This document shows, one piece after another, positions 25,464-36,064 of a stretch of 64,000 nucleotides of DNA. The notes under the pieces were generated by a model that saw only the letters and a list, made by a program, of their open reading frames with translations, did no database searches and was not told the origin of the DNA. This DNA comes from Candidatus Uhrbacteria bacterium RIFCSPLOWO2_01_FULL_47_17. Its GTDB lineage: Bacteria > Patescibacteriota > Patescibacteriia > UBA9934 > GWF2-40-263. Each line of letters opens with the position of its first letter. The stretch's first letter is position 1. The DNA lies in contig MGEI01000005.1 of NCBI GenBank assembly GCA_001791305.1, positions 210,698 through 274,697 on the forward strand, read 5' to 3'. The position numbers and the translations under genes were made by a program.

Positions 25464-27464
25464 TTAAGACTTTTTGACCATGAGCACGGTGCTCACCTGA
25501 GCGGCTTTCTTAAACATATCATCCGGCGTGCTCGGCCCCTGGGTTTCATCCAAGAGGACGTGTGCGACACGCTGTGAGATTTCACGCAAGGCAGCATGGC
25601 GGCGAACCGCATCTGTGTATCCGTCAAAGAGTGTGTGACCCAAGTTGAGCGTGATGATGGTGTAGCCGTCTCCGCGCTCAATCCAGCTCGTTTTGGCATT
25701 TGCGTCCGGCGTGCCACGCATCGTCGTTGAGGAGAGTTCGAACAAGTGATCTTCAACAATGAATTGCCGATCTGTGGTCTCCCCGGTTTTCGGTGATTCA
25801 CCTTCATCCTGTTCTCGAATGCGAATGGTACAGTTTGCCGTGTCACTCGGATTGTTTTTGTTTACAACCGTGATGTCGAAGTCTCCCGCTTTGTCGCTCG
25901 AGAGAATTTCAGCTTCAGTTACATCTTTCGAAATCTTGATTTCCCCTCCCCATTTCTGGTAGGTCCATACAAGATCCGCTCCGGCGGGCACTTCATTAAG
26001 TCGGACAAATCGACGGTCATGGAATCCCATCCGAACGGTTGGTTTCCCAAACCGCATCGGAATCGTTGCGAAGATGTTGATCGTGATGATGGCGCTTGGC
26101 GCATCCTTCACGTCCCCCATCATACTCACACGCAGCGTGTGCCCTTCACCAATATCACGGGCTGTGTAGGTCACGCGTGTTCCGGTGTTGGTATCCAAAC
26201 TGCCGCCACTTGCCTTTGCATCCCAATGGTATGGACGCCCCGGTCGCGGATCCTTGATTTCGAACACGTAGCTACGTCCAGGAACCAGGTCCACGCAATG
26301 GCGATTCAGAGCGATTTCGATCACCTTTTGCTTGATCGGTGCTTCGCCCGTTGCTTCGTGAATATTTCGACACACATCTGCAAGCAGAGTTGCGTCATCG
26401 GTCGTCACGATTTCTTCTGAGCGCATCCCGAGTTCGTTCTCGACGAGCGGAACGATTTCAAGACGCAGGAACTTGAGGAGCGCTTCACAGAAGTGCTCAT
26501 CTTCAAGCATGTTCGCGTTGAATTCCTTGCGGCTATTCACAGCGAACTTATTTGCCTTCGGAATGTCGATGCTGCCCACAACGTACGGGTGACGCAACAC
26601 GATGTCAATTTCTCGCGCAAGTGTGCGATACCGCGGGTCGTGTGTGAACGCACGCGCAAACGTGGTCCAAGAACACACGGGGCCCATCGCACCCATCATC
26701 ACGAAATCTGCGCTGCGGTCACTTTGCTGAACCACATACAGATTCCACTCAACGTCTCCAAGATGTTTCACGGGCGTTGTGGTACGTCCCTCAATCGGCT
26801 TGCCTTTCAGCTCGCGCGGCTTGAGTTCGAATGTCTGTACTCCGCCCGTCTCATCCACGGTTTCCACACGAATCTTTCGTGCAATGTGTGGGGAGAGTTT
26901 TTCGGCGAGGCCTTCAATCAATCGTTCCGCTGTCCGTTGTGCCTGCTGCGACTTGGTGCCAACCGTGAGGTCGCGCCAGGTCACAATCGTTCCACTCGTT
27001 TTCAGCAGATGATCGAATGAGAGCTTCTTTGCGGTCCACGCGAGCGTTGTATTTCGTTCAAACCACGCGTCATGCATGCGTTCTTTTGTGAGAACGATTT
27101 CAAACGCTGTCTGATCTGCAGCTTTTGTGATCGTGTGACACTCAACCGCGTGGTTGATGAAGCCGATGCGTCCGGTACCGTTGCGGCCCTTTTTCGAATC
27201 GTCTTCACGTGCAGCGCTGTCACACAAATTGGTATAGGCTTCCCGACCGCGCTCATCCATGCCCTGTCCGTTGTCGCGGAATTGAACACAGCTGATTTCA
27301 CGTTTCGGATCCGTGTAGAAACGAATAGTGAATTCCGTCGCTCCCCAGTCGAAGGCGTTTTCGGCGATTTGCACCACCGCATCCGCAAATCCTGTGAACC
27401 CATCGGTCAACTTGTCGAGAATCGATTTGTCAACGCGATTTCGCCTTACATGTGGTACTGCCAT
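25464..27464 (-). CDS. GHKL-superfamily (Bergerat-fold) ATPase-domain protein with a ~500-aa uncharacterised C-terminal region
   Basis: The N-terminus carries all three Bergerat motifs: 'IAENAFDWGATE' (ExxNAxD N-box), 'FRDNGQGMD' (DxGxG G1-box) and 'KKGRNGTGRIGF' (GxxGxG G2-box). Start is immediately adjacent to the stop of the upstream gene (27464/27465), with GGAGG embedded in that gene's end. Confidence 0.65.
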   Translation of the reverse strand: MAVPHVRRNRVDKSILDKLTDGFTGFADAVVQIAENAFDWGATEFTIRFYTDPKREISCVQFRDNGQGMDERGREAYTNLCDSAAREDDSKKGRNGTGRIGFINHAVECHTITKAADQTAFEIVLTKERMHDAWFERNTTLAWTAKKLSFDHLLKTSGTIVTWRDLTVGTKSQQAQRTAERLIEGLAEKLSPHIARKIRVETVDETGGVQTFELKPRELKGKPIEGRTTTPVKHLGDVEWNLYVVQQSDRSADFVMMGAMGPVCSWTTFARAFTHDPRYRTLAREIDIVLRHPYVVGSIDIPKANKFAVNSRKEFNANMLEDEHFCEALLKFLRLEIVPLVENELGMRSEEIVTTDDATLLADVCRNIHEATGEAPIKQKVIEIALNRHCVDLVPGRSYVFEIKDPRPGRPYHWDAKASGGSLDTNTGTRVTYTARDIGEGHTLRVSMMGDVKDAPSAIITINIFATIPMRFGKPTVRMGFHDRRFVRLNEVPAGADLVWTYQKWGGEIKISKDVTEAEILSSDKAGDFDITVVNKNNPSDTANCTIRIREQDEGESPKTGETTDRQFIVEDHLFELSSTTMRGTPDANAKTSWIERGDGYTIITLNLGHTLFDGYTDAVRRHAALREISQRVAHVLLDETQGPSTPDDMFKKAAQVSTVLMVKKS

Positions 27465-28916
27465 TTACTTTCCTCCATTGGATTTGTTGAATTCTGACGC
27501 GACTCCGACCATGGAGCGTGTCCCCTGAACAATCTCCCACGCCGCTTTTGAGCCCATCAAGTGATGGAGCCCTTCATGTGCAACGAAGAGTTCTGCAAGT
27601 TCTGGACCAAGAATCGGCGTGATCGTTTTCCGAATGAGATCCGGATTCAGCTCACTGAGCGCAACCAGCACTTTCCGCAGATGGACGATCGCGGTTCGAA
27701 CGTCTTCAATCTGTTCCATTGTGACACGTTCATCTTTTCGAAGGTGCCACGTTTTCGGATCAAGACAGTGCTCCACGCCACCAATCACGGAACCAATCGG
27801 TTCATAGATCGGAGTTACGGATGGTGTCGCAACCGTTTCTGTTCGTGCCTTGAGTCGTGCGACCAAAGCTTCGAGTCCATCGATCACAACATCTTCGAAC
27901 GAATCTTTGGATGGCGTGATTGGTTTTGGTTCAGAAACGACGGGGGTCGCAACCGGAGTCGCAACAGGTTCCACTTTCTTTTGGACAGAAGGCTTCGCTT
28001 TTGATTGTTTTGCGACAGGCTTCACATCCATGAGGTCTTTGAGAGGGACTTCCACTTCCCAAATTCCCGCATCTTCCTTTTTGCGATACGTCTTGCGGTG
28101 CTCGTCAAACGTTTCCAAGAGCGCGGGATACGATCGCTCGACAAGCGCGCGCAGAATTCCTTCGACGGTTTCCGGATAACAACTTGTCTTTTCTTTTTCA
28201 GGCTTCCATTCAAGGAGTCGAGAAATGGTGTTCTCTTTGATTCCCGTAAGGCTTTCAATTTTGACAGCCGTGTGACCGGGATACCGATGAAGAAATTCTT
28301 GGAGCGCGGATGCAAAATCCGTGACTCCAGGAAAAAATTCTTGCGAGTCTCCGCCAAGGATGGCTCGACACATCAAGATGAACTGTGCATCTTCAAGACA
28401 CGAGATCTTGAGAAAGCCTCGCATGAGATTGCTCAAGAGGATTTTCAACATCTCCACACCGGGTTTGTTGATTCCTCTGTTCCAACCACTCAACGTCCCT
28501 GACGGAACACCCATCTGAAGCGCGAGGTAGAAATTTCCTCCGTACTCTTTGATGATTTTGCGCAAGCGATTCACGACGTCTTCACGGTGAATATCACGAT
28601 CGAAATCAATGTGTTCACGCAGATCAGGACACTCGTTCCACAACTGACGTTTTGCTTCACAAACCATCCAGGCGTCGATATCAACACCGGTTGTTTCGAG
28701 AATGGATTGAAGACCGGTTGTGACAAGATCAATCGTTGGTGTGTTTGCAAGCCAGGCAGGAAGACTCTTTCTGCCTCGAATGCCGTGTTTTTTGAACACA
28801 GCCTGCGCTTCTTCAACGGTTTTGAGTCCGTTGTGCTGCATCCACATTTCCCAAAGCACGGCGAGGGTGATGTCTTTTCCCCAAACGGCTGTTGGAAGTT
28901 TCTTGAGCTTTTCCAT
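27465..28916 (-). CDS. Hypothetical protein with two XRE-like helix-turn-helix segments, first gene of the GHKL operon
   Basis: 'FYLALQMGVPSGTLSGWNRGINKPGVEMLKILL' and 'AVKIESLTGIKENTISRLLEWKPEK' resemble Cro/C1-type HTH. A Pro/Val/Ala/Thr-rich linker (VEPVATPVATPVVSEPKPITP) follows. Confidence 0.5.
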   Translation of the reverse strand: MEKLKKLPTAVWGKDITLAVLWEMWMQHNGLKTVEEAQAVFKKHGIRGRKSLPAWLANTPTIDLVTTGLQSILETTGVDIDAWMVCEAKRQLWNECPDLREHIDFDRDIHREDVVNRLRKIIKEYGGNFYLALQMGVPSGTLSGWNRGINKPGVEMLKILLSNLMRGFLKISCLEDAQFILMCRAILGGDSQEFFPGVTDFASALQEFLHRYPGHTAVKIESLTGIKENTISRLLEWKPEKEKTSCYPETVEGILRALVERSYPALLETFDEHRKTYRKKEDAGIWEVEVPLKDLMDVKPVAKQSKAKPSVQKKVEPVATPVATPVVSEPKPITPSKDSFEDVVIDGLEALVARLKARTETVATPSVTPIYEPIGSVIGGVEHCLDPKTWHLRKDERVTMEQIEDVRTAIVHLRKVLVALSELNPDLIRKTITPILGPELAELFVAHEGLHHLMGSKAAWEIVQGTRSMVGVASEFNKSNGGK

Positions 28917-28928
28917 GGATCCTCCGGC

Positions 28929-28965
28929 TGAAAAGAACCGTTCTGAAATACGGCCATTCCGTACA
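28929..28965. promoter_or_regulatory. Nested palindrome (candidate operator) in the divergent promoter region
   Basis: TTCTGAAATACGGccattCCGTAcATTTCAGAA, a near-perfect 13-14 bp inverted repeat immediately upstream of the 27465..28916 gene start. A TTGACA..TACATT promoter-like pair at ~29015-29045 faces the opposite gene. Confidence 0.45.
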
Positions 28966-29105
28966 TTTCAGAAGGGGTCAACCTATCAATTTAAGCCTGT
29001 TATGTCAAGGTTCTATTGACAGATCCGGCTCGCGTGGTACATTTTTACATCCTTTTTTCGAATGACGAAGAAAGGTGTTTGTTCAGACAACCAAGGAGTG
29101 TCTCA

Positions 29106-30298
29106 TGGGAGATGCAGCGACGGTACGTGCAGCTTTATCGGGCTCAGATCAAAAAGACCCGAAAATCATCTATCTTTCACCCGTTCTTGCCAACGTCTGG
29201 CTTGCGCTTCAGGTGGAATACAGCAAGCGGAATGCTCCGATTCCGGCAGATGTTGCTGCGGAGATCGTGCGAAAAAATTCGAAGAACACGAAAAATCCGT
29301 TCTCAACGCTCAACAACCTCGACAAGCGAGGGGTGTTGCAAATAGCGTCAGGCAGCTCAAGTCGTCGTACACGCATTCCTCTCACAATCGGGATTGTCAT
29401 CACAACCGGAAAAGCTCCGAATGTGAAACAGATCTGGCCTGTGGAAGAAGCGGTGACTAAATTGCCGAAGCTGCCTACCGAGCCGAAGACGGAAGCCAAA
29501 GTGAAGAAACCTCCAGCCCCGAAGCCTCCTGCTCTCACAGATCTTCTCGGAGAGCCTGTGTGGGTGTATCCAAAAACACATAAGCCTGTGATGGTACAGG
29601 TGACAACACTCGAACTCTACAAAGCCCTTCTTGAAGGGGCTCGAAAAGACGAGTTTGCCCCAAAGACGACGAGTGAAATAGTTGTATATATCGCACACAT
29701 GAATGAGAAAAAAGACAGCTTGATTCATGCGATCAGTCGCATGGAAAAACAAGGATTGTTTCTTCATGTGAGCGGAAAGAAGACCAGGGTGGATCCGGCA
29801 AAGCGCGTGCTTGTCTGCCGACCTGTTCAGGTGTTCCGACATGCGAGTTGGACTTCGGGAGAAACAGTAACGTTCATTCCTCAAGAATGTGAAGCGTGTG
29901 TTGATACACGCATGCTCGCACAAGCGCAAGAAACGGTTCAAGAGCCGGTTACAAAGGTTGAAGCGCAATTGGAACACGCTCCCTCGAGCGCCCTGCCTAC
30001 AAAGGCTGAACTTGCAGTGAGGCTTACAGATAAGCAGCAGGAAGCGGAACAGCTCGCGCAGACCTGGCGTGCAGAAGAAGAAACTCTCGTGCAAGAGTTC
30101 GCGACAATCCAGGAAGAGATCGCGGATCTCGACCGGCGCCGTCATGCGCGCATGCAGCGGTTTCAAGAAGTACAAGTTGCTCTTGCCGCAAATCAGATTG
30201 GAAAACCGGAAGGCTTGGATGCACTGCGTCATGAGATCGAAGATCTTGGCATGCTCGTTTTGAACTACGATCGGCTCGTCCCGCATTTGCAGCGGTGA
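29106..30298 (+). CDS. Hypothetical protein with a C-terminal coiled coil
   Basis: Start chosen at the ATG preceded by AAGGAG (29106) rather than track start 29075. Lys/Pro-rich linker (KVKKPPAPKPPA). Heptad-like C-terminus (QQEAEQLAQTWRAEEETLVQEFATIQEEIADLDRRR). Confidence 0.5.
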
Positions 30299-30384
30299 GA
30301 AATACTTACATCGGAATGAACCCCGGTGTTTTTTTATTGAAATTTTTGTATGAAAAAACCACCCGTAGCTTTAGCGAAGGGTGG

Positions 30385-31923
30385 TTAGAGATCTTCGTCG
30401 TCATTTGCGGCTTTTTCTTTGCGTTCGGCAGCAGCAGTCTCTTTGTAGATGGCTTGTCCATCCAGAATGGCCGCGCGAATGGCGTCCGCAAACGGACTGT
30501 CCTGAAGAAACTGCCGCGCAAGAGCAAGACATTCTGGCTTTGGCTTCCAAAGCCAGCTGAACTTGAAGCGTTCCATGTCGTACAGGTTCTTGAGCTGATC
30601 AGGAACGAGCGCGAATGCGTCCGCATCCCGGGGCGAGATGAGCCCGCTTGCAAGGACGCTTCCCACAAGGGTTTTTTTCCCTTTGTATCCACGAAACATG
30701 TTGGATTCCGGTTTGTTACACACGTCAGAGGCAATCATGAACAGTCGCGCATGAGCATCCTTTCGCGAACATTTGTCCTGAAACAAATCTTCTGGATTCA
30801 GTTTACGCACTTTGAGAAGCAGGGCTTCTGCAAGTGGCAAGGCTGTCGCGAGAAAATCTTTCAGAGCCTTCGGACGTTCCGGGAAGGTTGTTTGGTACAA
30901 GTTCATGTTGCCAATCCGTGCGCTTTCTTCGCTGCGCGGATTCACAAAGCTCAATTCCCTTTTCGCATGGTCGACTTGACGATCCACCTCTGCAGGGATT
31001 GGAAGGGCAAACAAGGAACAGTATCCCTTGATGCTTGCCGCGCGATCCCAAAGTCCAGAGGCTTCTTCGTTTGTCAGGCGGTAATCCGCTTTGTGCTGCT
31101 CGATGCGTGCACCGATTGTTGTCGCTTGTTCATCGAGTTCGTTGAGTCGAACAAGAGACGAACGCGCGAGACGAATCAGTGATTCGAGTTCGCTCACATC
31201 TTCCGGCTGGTTGAGAGGAAGACATTTTTGCATGCCATCGCGCAAGATGCTGAACTTCGCATCTAGGCGATGTTTTTGCATGAGGTCATCCGTCAGGCTT
31301 TTGCGTGCATGGAGCACGTCTTGAAACTCGGAACGATCGCGACTGAACGCTGTGTAGATTTGACGAATACGATGCGGAAGTCCGATCGCTTGTTCGTACA
31401 GTTCTCGCACAAGAGTTCGCACGCGATCTTCAAGCTCGGCGTCCACACGCTGCTTGATCATCTGTTCTGTGATGATGGGAGTTGCCAATGCTGGCGCTGA
31501 GATCCTCGAGACAACCTCGGGCTGCTTCGCGCGTTCAAGATCTGTCATCTTGCACGAAAGATCGGTGACACGCGTTCGGTATCCCTCGATTGCTTTCCAC
31601 GCTTCAACAGAATCTCCAGAGATGACCGATTGAATGAGGGCTGCAAGAGAGAATGTTGGACCGCATACACCAAGCTCGGCGGCGAAATCACGATCACGTT
31701 CGATCGTTGAGAGATCGAGCAGAAACTGATCAACACGCACAAAGCGTTCTCGTTTCTTTTCGAGAAGTTCAAGCTGAACCTGTAGATTGGTGATTTGACG
31801 CTCAAGGTTTTTGCGCGCAACGCGTTCTTGCTGACCTTCTTGGTCATAGATCGCGATCATCTCATTCAGTGTTCGAATCTCAGCGGTGAGTTTCTGAATG
31901 CGAATTGTTTCTGGCGAACTCAT
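30385..31923 (-). CDS. Hypothetical coiled-coil protein (512 aa)
   Basis: Long ORF, N-terminal coiled-coil (LTAEIRTLNEMIAIYDQEGQQERVARKNLERQITNLQVQLELLEKKRE). No nucleotide-binding motif seen. Confidence 0.5.
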   Translation of the reverse strand: MSSPETIRIQKLTAEIRTLNEMIAIYDQEGQQERVARKNLERQITNLQVQLELLEKKRERFVRVDQFLLDLSTIERDRDFAAELGVCGPTFSLAALIQSVISGDSVEAWKAIEGYRTRVTDLSCKMTDLERAKQPEVVSRISAPALATPIITEQMIKQRVDAELEDRVRTLVRELYEQAIGLPHRIRQIYTAFSRDRSEFQDVLHARKSLTDDLMQKHRLDAKFSILRDGMQKCLPLNQPEDVSELESLIRLARSSLVRLNELDEQATTIGARIEQHKADYRLTNEEASGLWDRAASIKGYCSLFALPIPAEVDRQVDHAKRELSFVNPRSEESARIGNMNLYQTTFPERPKALKDFLATALPLAEALLLKVRKLNPEDLFQDKCSRKDAHARLFMIASDVCNKPESNMFRGYKGKKTLVGSVLASGLISPRDADAFALVPDQLKNLYDMERFKFSWLWKPKPECLALARQFLQDSPFADAIRAAILDGQAIYKETAAAERKEKAANDDEDL

Positions 31924-32055
31924 GTTAAAGCCCCATTTCCGACACTTGCCGGAGCAACGAGCATATCAGATAAAGGCGTTTTGTCAAGAATTCGTTGACA
32001 AAGTTCCCCTATTTTGTTAGTTTTCTTTCTCCGCTTCTGTGGAGAAAGGACACAC

Positions 32056-33054
32056 ATGCGTGATTACGATTATCCTGCAAAGAATACGGTTAGGGACGCA
32101 TGGATGCGTTTTTTACCGGAGTTCTTTCAAGATACGCAGGCCCACGGGCTTTATCTTCCAGGACACCAAAATCTGGAATTTCCTTGTTATGAACAGAAGC
32201 GATTGTCAAAAGATCGACTGATAGGGATCGAACATGATCCGAGTCGGTTTGCTGCGGTGAAACGTAAAGCAAATGGCATTCGCTTGATTCATGGAAATGT
32301 GAGGGATGCTGTTTGTGAAATAGAACAACAGCATATTCCGCGTCTGCGTTTTGCCAATCTGGACTTTGAAGGGTTGTACAGCCGTTTGATCAGTGAGATT
32401 CTTTCTCTTTTCCGCGTTTTTCCTTCAACGTCTGGTGGATATTTGTGTGTGACGAGTTTTAGTTCACGCGACGAAGAAACACTCCTGCAAGGAATGATTC
32501 ATACGTCCAAGTTTTATTCCGGACGTGCCGAGCGTACCGAATTCATGAGCGACTACGGTCGCATGGTGAATCGATATGTCGCATTAAAGCATATCCTGAA
32601 AGATCCTCGTGCATCTGACCATAGTCACCTTACTCGCGAACTTGGATTTCTTTGGTGGATGACGCTTGTGATGGGAGTTATGCAATTCCCTGGCGACACA
32701 TACGGAATCATTGATGAGGCGTATCTTACAGAGCTTGATGCAATTTTAGAACGGATTGACGAACGATCGCGTGCGCGCAGCGAAGGCACGCTTGATTTTC
32801 ACTTGGTCTATGATACTGAACTTGCAACACGGATGTGCGCTCATACTTCGTGTCTGTGGCCATCTGGTTTTCAGCATTTTATTTACTACACAGCACCGGG
32901 TCTCCCGATGCATGTGTGGATGTTGAAAATCGATTTCATCAATACGAAAAAGAAGCCGAGCCATCAAGACGTTCTTGAACAGGTTTGGCAGTTTGCAACG
33001 CGCACCCCGCTTATCTACGTTGATAAGATGGGTACGGCGCATAGCCTGGTGTGA
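32056..33054 (+). CDS. Hypothetical protein. The Rossmann/methyltransferase-like signals are weak.
   Basis: Start at 32056 preceded by GGAGAAAGG. Segments 'LIGIEHDP', 'IHGNVRD', 'ANLDFEG' are loosely reminiscent of class I MTase strands but not diagnostic. Confidence 0.45.
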   Translation: MRDYDYPAKNTVRDAWMRFLPEFFQDTQAHGLYLPGHQNLEFPCYEQKRLSKDRLIGIEHDPSRFAAVKRKANGIRLIHGNVRDAVCEIEQQHIPRLRFANLDFEGLYSRLISEILSLFRVFPSTSGGYLCVTSFSSRDEETLLQGMIHTSKFYSGRAERTEFMSDYGRMVNRYVALKHILKDPRASDHSHLTRELGFLWWMTLVMGVMQFPGDTYGIIDEAYLTELDAILERIDERSRARSEGTLDFHLVYDTELATRMCAHTSCLWPSGFQHFIYYTAPGLPMHVWMLKIDFINTKKKPSHQDVLEQVWQFATRTPLIYVDKMGTAHSLV

Positions 33055-33064
33055 GGAGATTTAA

Positions 33065-33739
33065 ATGAGCGTCTCAAAATTCCTGATCGAACTCGGAAAA
33101 GCAGCGATTGAACTTGGAACACGGCTCGACATGCAAGACGCGCGACTCGATTCGCTCGGGGCACGTCGTGAGCCGCCGAAGGAAGGGGGCGAAATTACGG
33201 ATGTGATTCGCGATGCGATCATCAGGTCTCGCGCGGAATGTTCAGAAGAAGATTGGTTGCGACTGAACGGTCGGCGCGATCAAGAGTGTGTTCGTTACGG
33301 AATCACGACCGAGTCGGCCGCCGCAATTCTCGCCGGCGCGACGAAGCGTGAAAAGAAGAACGGAAACGGAAATGGCCACGCGGCTATTGTCCCCACTTCG
33401 GAGACGGTGGCTGAGACGCTGTCGTCGCCCGTTCCAAAGAGCGGCGCAAAAAAAGTTCGCAACATGTTTGATCCAAACGAGTGGGGCGAGGTCTCGCTCG
33501 AGAAGGGTGGTTCACGGAGTACGGCTCCTGCAGAACCGTTTCGCAAAGCAAATCAGCAAGACACCGACATCGTCATTCTCGTGCATCAGCTTGCTCTCGA
33601 GCATGGGAAAGATTGGAGTGAAGTGCGTCAGCAACTCTGTTGCACACGTCGTCTGACACGTCAGCAAGTTGCGGCGATCCTTGCGGAACATACGAAAGAA
33701 AAACAGAATAAGTTCACCGCGAACGCCGCACACGCTTAA
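33065..33739 (+). CDS. Hypothetical protein
   Basis: 224-aa ORF tightly following the previous gene (10-nt gap). No domain recognised. Confidence 0.45.
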   Translation: MSVSKFLIELGKAAIELGTRLDMQDARLDSLGARREPPKEGGEITDVIRDAIIRSRAECSEEDWLRLNGRRDQECVRYGITTESAAAILAGATKREKKNGNGNGHAAIVPTSETVAETLSSPVPKSGAKKVRNMFDPNEWGEVSLEKGGSRSTAPAEPFRKANQQDTDIVILVHQLALEHGKDWSEVRQQLCCTRRLTRQQVAAILAEHTKEKQNKFTANAAHA

Positions 33740-33828
33740 GACCCTTATCGCTTTCGAGACTCTCGAAGCGATTTTTTATTTACTCATAAAAAAATCGACC
33801 CGCGTGCTGCGAATCGATTTTATTTTTC

Positions 33829-35820
33829 CTACACAAGGAAGCCAACAATGAGTAACGCGACAATGTTCAAAATTTTGATCATTGGGTTAATTGCTGGTCC
33901 TGCTGTGTCTTTGTATGGATCACCGACGGTATCTCCTGTCACCGCTGCTTTGTGGGCATTGGATCCTTTTCCGCCGTAGTTTCCAGACTCAATATATTTT
34001 TTTGCATTGTCCCAAGCTCCTCCGCCTGTTGTCATCGAAATCGCCATGAAGAGTCCTGTGACGATGGAACCGATCAAGAGTCCTCCGAGCGCCTTTGGTC
34101 CAAAGGCGAATCCAACAACGATTGGGGCAAACACAGCAAGCAATGACGGAGCGATCATGAAATTGATCGCAGCTTTTGTCACAATGTCTACAGCCTTTGC
34201 GTAGTCTGGCTTTCCGGTTCCATCCATAATTCCCGGGATCTCACGGAATTGGCGGCGAACTTCTTCGACAACGGATCCAGCAGCTTTTCCAACGGCTTCC
34301 ATCGCGAGTGCGGCAAATAAGTACGTAACGATTCCTCCAAGAAACAAACCGGAGAGCACATAAGGATCGCTAACCTCGAACACAATATGAGAACCTTTTG
34401 CGGCGAGCGCATGCACATAGTCTCCGAAGAGCACGACCGTTGCGAGCCCAGCTGACCCAATCGCGTATGCTTTGGTCACAGCTTTTGTGGTGTTTCCAAC
34501 AGCGTCGAGTGGATCTGTCACGTTGCGAACGTCTTCTCCAAGATCTGCCATTTCCGCAATTCCACCTGCGTTATCTGTGATTGGACCAAAGGCGTCAATC
34601 GCAACGACAATTCCTGTAAGAGACAACATCGCCATTGCGGCAACGGCTACGCCGTAAAGTCCAGCGAGGGAGTTCGCGATCAAGATTCCAAAGACAATCG
34701 TGAGAACAGGATACGCCGTTGATTTCATGGAGAGCGCGAGCCCCGCAATGATGTTTGTACCGTGTCCGGATTCAGATGCGGCTGCAAGATCTTTTACAGG
34801 TTGATGATTTGTTCCTGTGTAATATTCTGTGATGAGAATCATGGCTGCAGTAATCACGAGTCCAAGAAGGGCTGAGTAGTACACGTTCATGACGTTTAAT
34901 CCTGCAACACCTGTGAGCATGTACTTTGTGACAGGATAAAAACCGATTGCGGCGAGTGCGCCTGCGACAAATAATCCTTTATAAAGTGCGTTCATGATGT
35001 TTCCATCTTTTCCGATTTTGATGAACAACGTTCCAACAATCGAACAAACGATGGCAATCGCTCCAAGGGCGATTGGATACAAAATAACTTGTGGGTTGTT
35101 TGCAAATAAAAGTGCTCCGAGCAACATAGCTGCAACAGATGTAACAGCATAGGTCTCGAAAAGATCCGCGGCCATTCCTGCACAGTCTCCAACGTTGTCT
35201 CCAACGTTGTCTGCAATAACCGCTGGATTGCGTGGGTCATCTTCTGGAATTCCCGCTTCTGTTTTTCCAACCAAGTCCGCACCAACGTCAGCGGCTTTGG
35301 TAAAAATTCCTCCACCCAAACGAGCGAAGACAGAAATAAGAGATCCTCCAAATCCGAGTCCGATAAGGGCTTGGACATCTTGTGTCACCATGTAAAAGAG
35401 CGTGACACCAAGGAGGGCGAGTCCAACTACAAAGAATCCGGTGACAACTCCGCCACGTACAGCAACGTCCATGGCCGCAGATAATCCACTTTTTGCGGCT
35501 TCTGTTGTACGAACGTTTGCGCGTACAGAAACGGACATTCCAATGTAGCCAGCAACTCCAGAGAGAACAGCACCGATTAAAAATCCGATCGCGAGGGTCC
35601 ATCCTAAAGCAAAGCCAAGGATCACAAAAACGACAGCACCGATCATACCGATCATTTTATACTGGCGCGCCATGTATGCGTTTGCCCCTTCTTGAATCGC
35701 AAGAGCGATTCCCTTCATTTTTCCTTCACCTGCCGGGAGCTTTAAAATCCATTGAGTAAGATAGGCTCCATAAATGAGGGCAAGCAAGCTCGCCCCGATC
35801 GCGTACATCGAAATATTCAT
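33829..35820 (-). CDS. hppA: Membrane-bound proton-translocating pyrophosphatase (H+-PPase)
   Basis: 663 aa, many TM helices, and conserved 'GDNVGDCAG' / 'DNVGDNVGD' and '[14 protein letters not shown]' motifs. Confidence 0.9.
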   Translation of the reverse strand: MNISMYAIGASLLALIYGAYLTQWILKLPAGEGKMKGIALAIQEGANAYMARQYKMIGMIGAVVFVILGFALGWTLAIGFLIGAVLSGVAGYIGMSVSVRANVRTTEAAKSGLSAAMDVAVRGGVVTGFFVVGLALLGVTLFYMVTQDVQALIGLGFGGSLISVFARLGGGIFTKAADVGADLVGKTEAGIPEDDPRNPAVIADNVGDNVGDCAGMAADLFETYAVTSVAAMLLGALLFANNPQVILYPIALGAIAIVCSIVGTLFIKIGKDGNIMNALYKGLFVAGALAAIGFYPVTKYMLTGVAGLNVMNVYYSALLGLVITAAMILITEYYTGTNHQPVKDLAAASESGHGTNIIAGLALSMKSTAYPVLTIVFGILIANSLAGLYGVAVAAMAMLSLTGIVVAIDAFGPITDNAGGIAEMADLGEDVRNVTDPLDAVGNTTKAVTKAYAIGSAGLATVVLFGDYVHALAAKGSHIVFEVSDPYVLSGLFLGGIVTYLFAALAMEAVGKAAGSVVEEVRRQFREIPGIMDGTGKPDYAKAVDIVTKAAINFMIAPSLLAVFAPIVVGFAFGPKALGGLLIGSIVTGLFMAISMTTGGGAWDNAKKYIESGNYGGKGSNAHKAAVTGDTVGDPYKDTAGPAINPMIKILNIVALLIVGFLV

Positions 35821-36064
35821 AATGTATGGGTCGAAAAGAATATGACTAAAAACTTGAGGGTATCGTAATGAGATATGCGCATTTTGTCAACGATTTTTAC
35901 ACAGAGGAAACACAGATTTTAACCTTAAATGAGCAGAAAAATACAAAAAAACGTTTGACGAAACAGAGAAAAAAGGCTATCATTTCCGCCATGGAAAAGA
36001 TTTAAGGAAATTTTCTATCAAACTTCACATTAAACATTTTTTTGTCCGGTCAGCCCTTTCCGTC

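Noticed and set aside
32056-33054. Calling the 332-aa island protein a DNA methyltransferase
   Set aside because: It has only vague Rossmann-like strand patterns, no Gly-rich SAM motif I and no (D/N/S)PP(Y/F) motif IV. It is kept as hypothetical.
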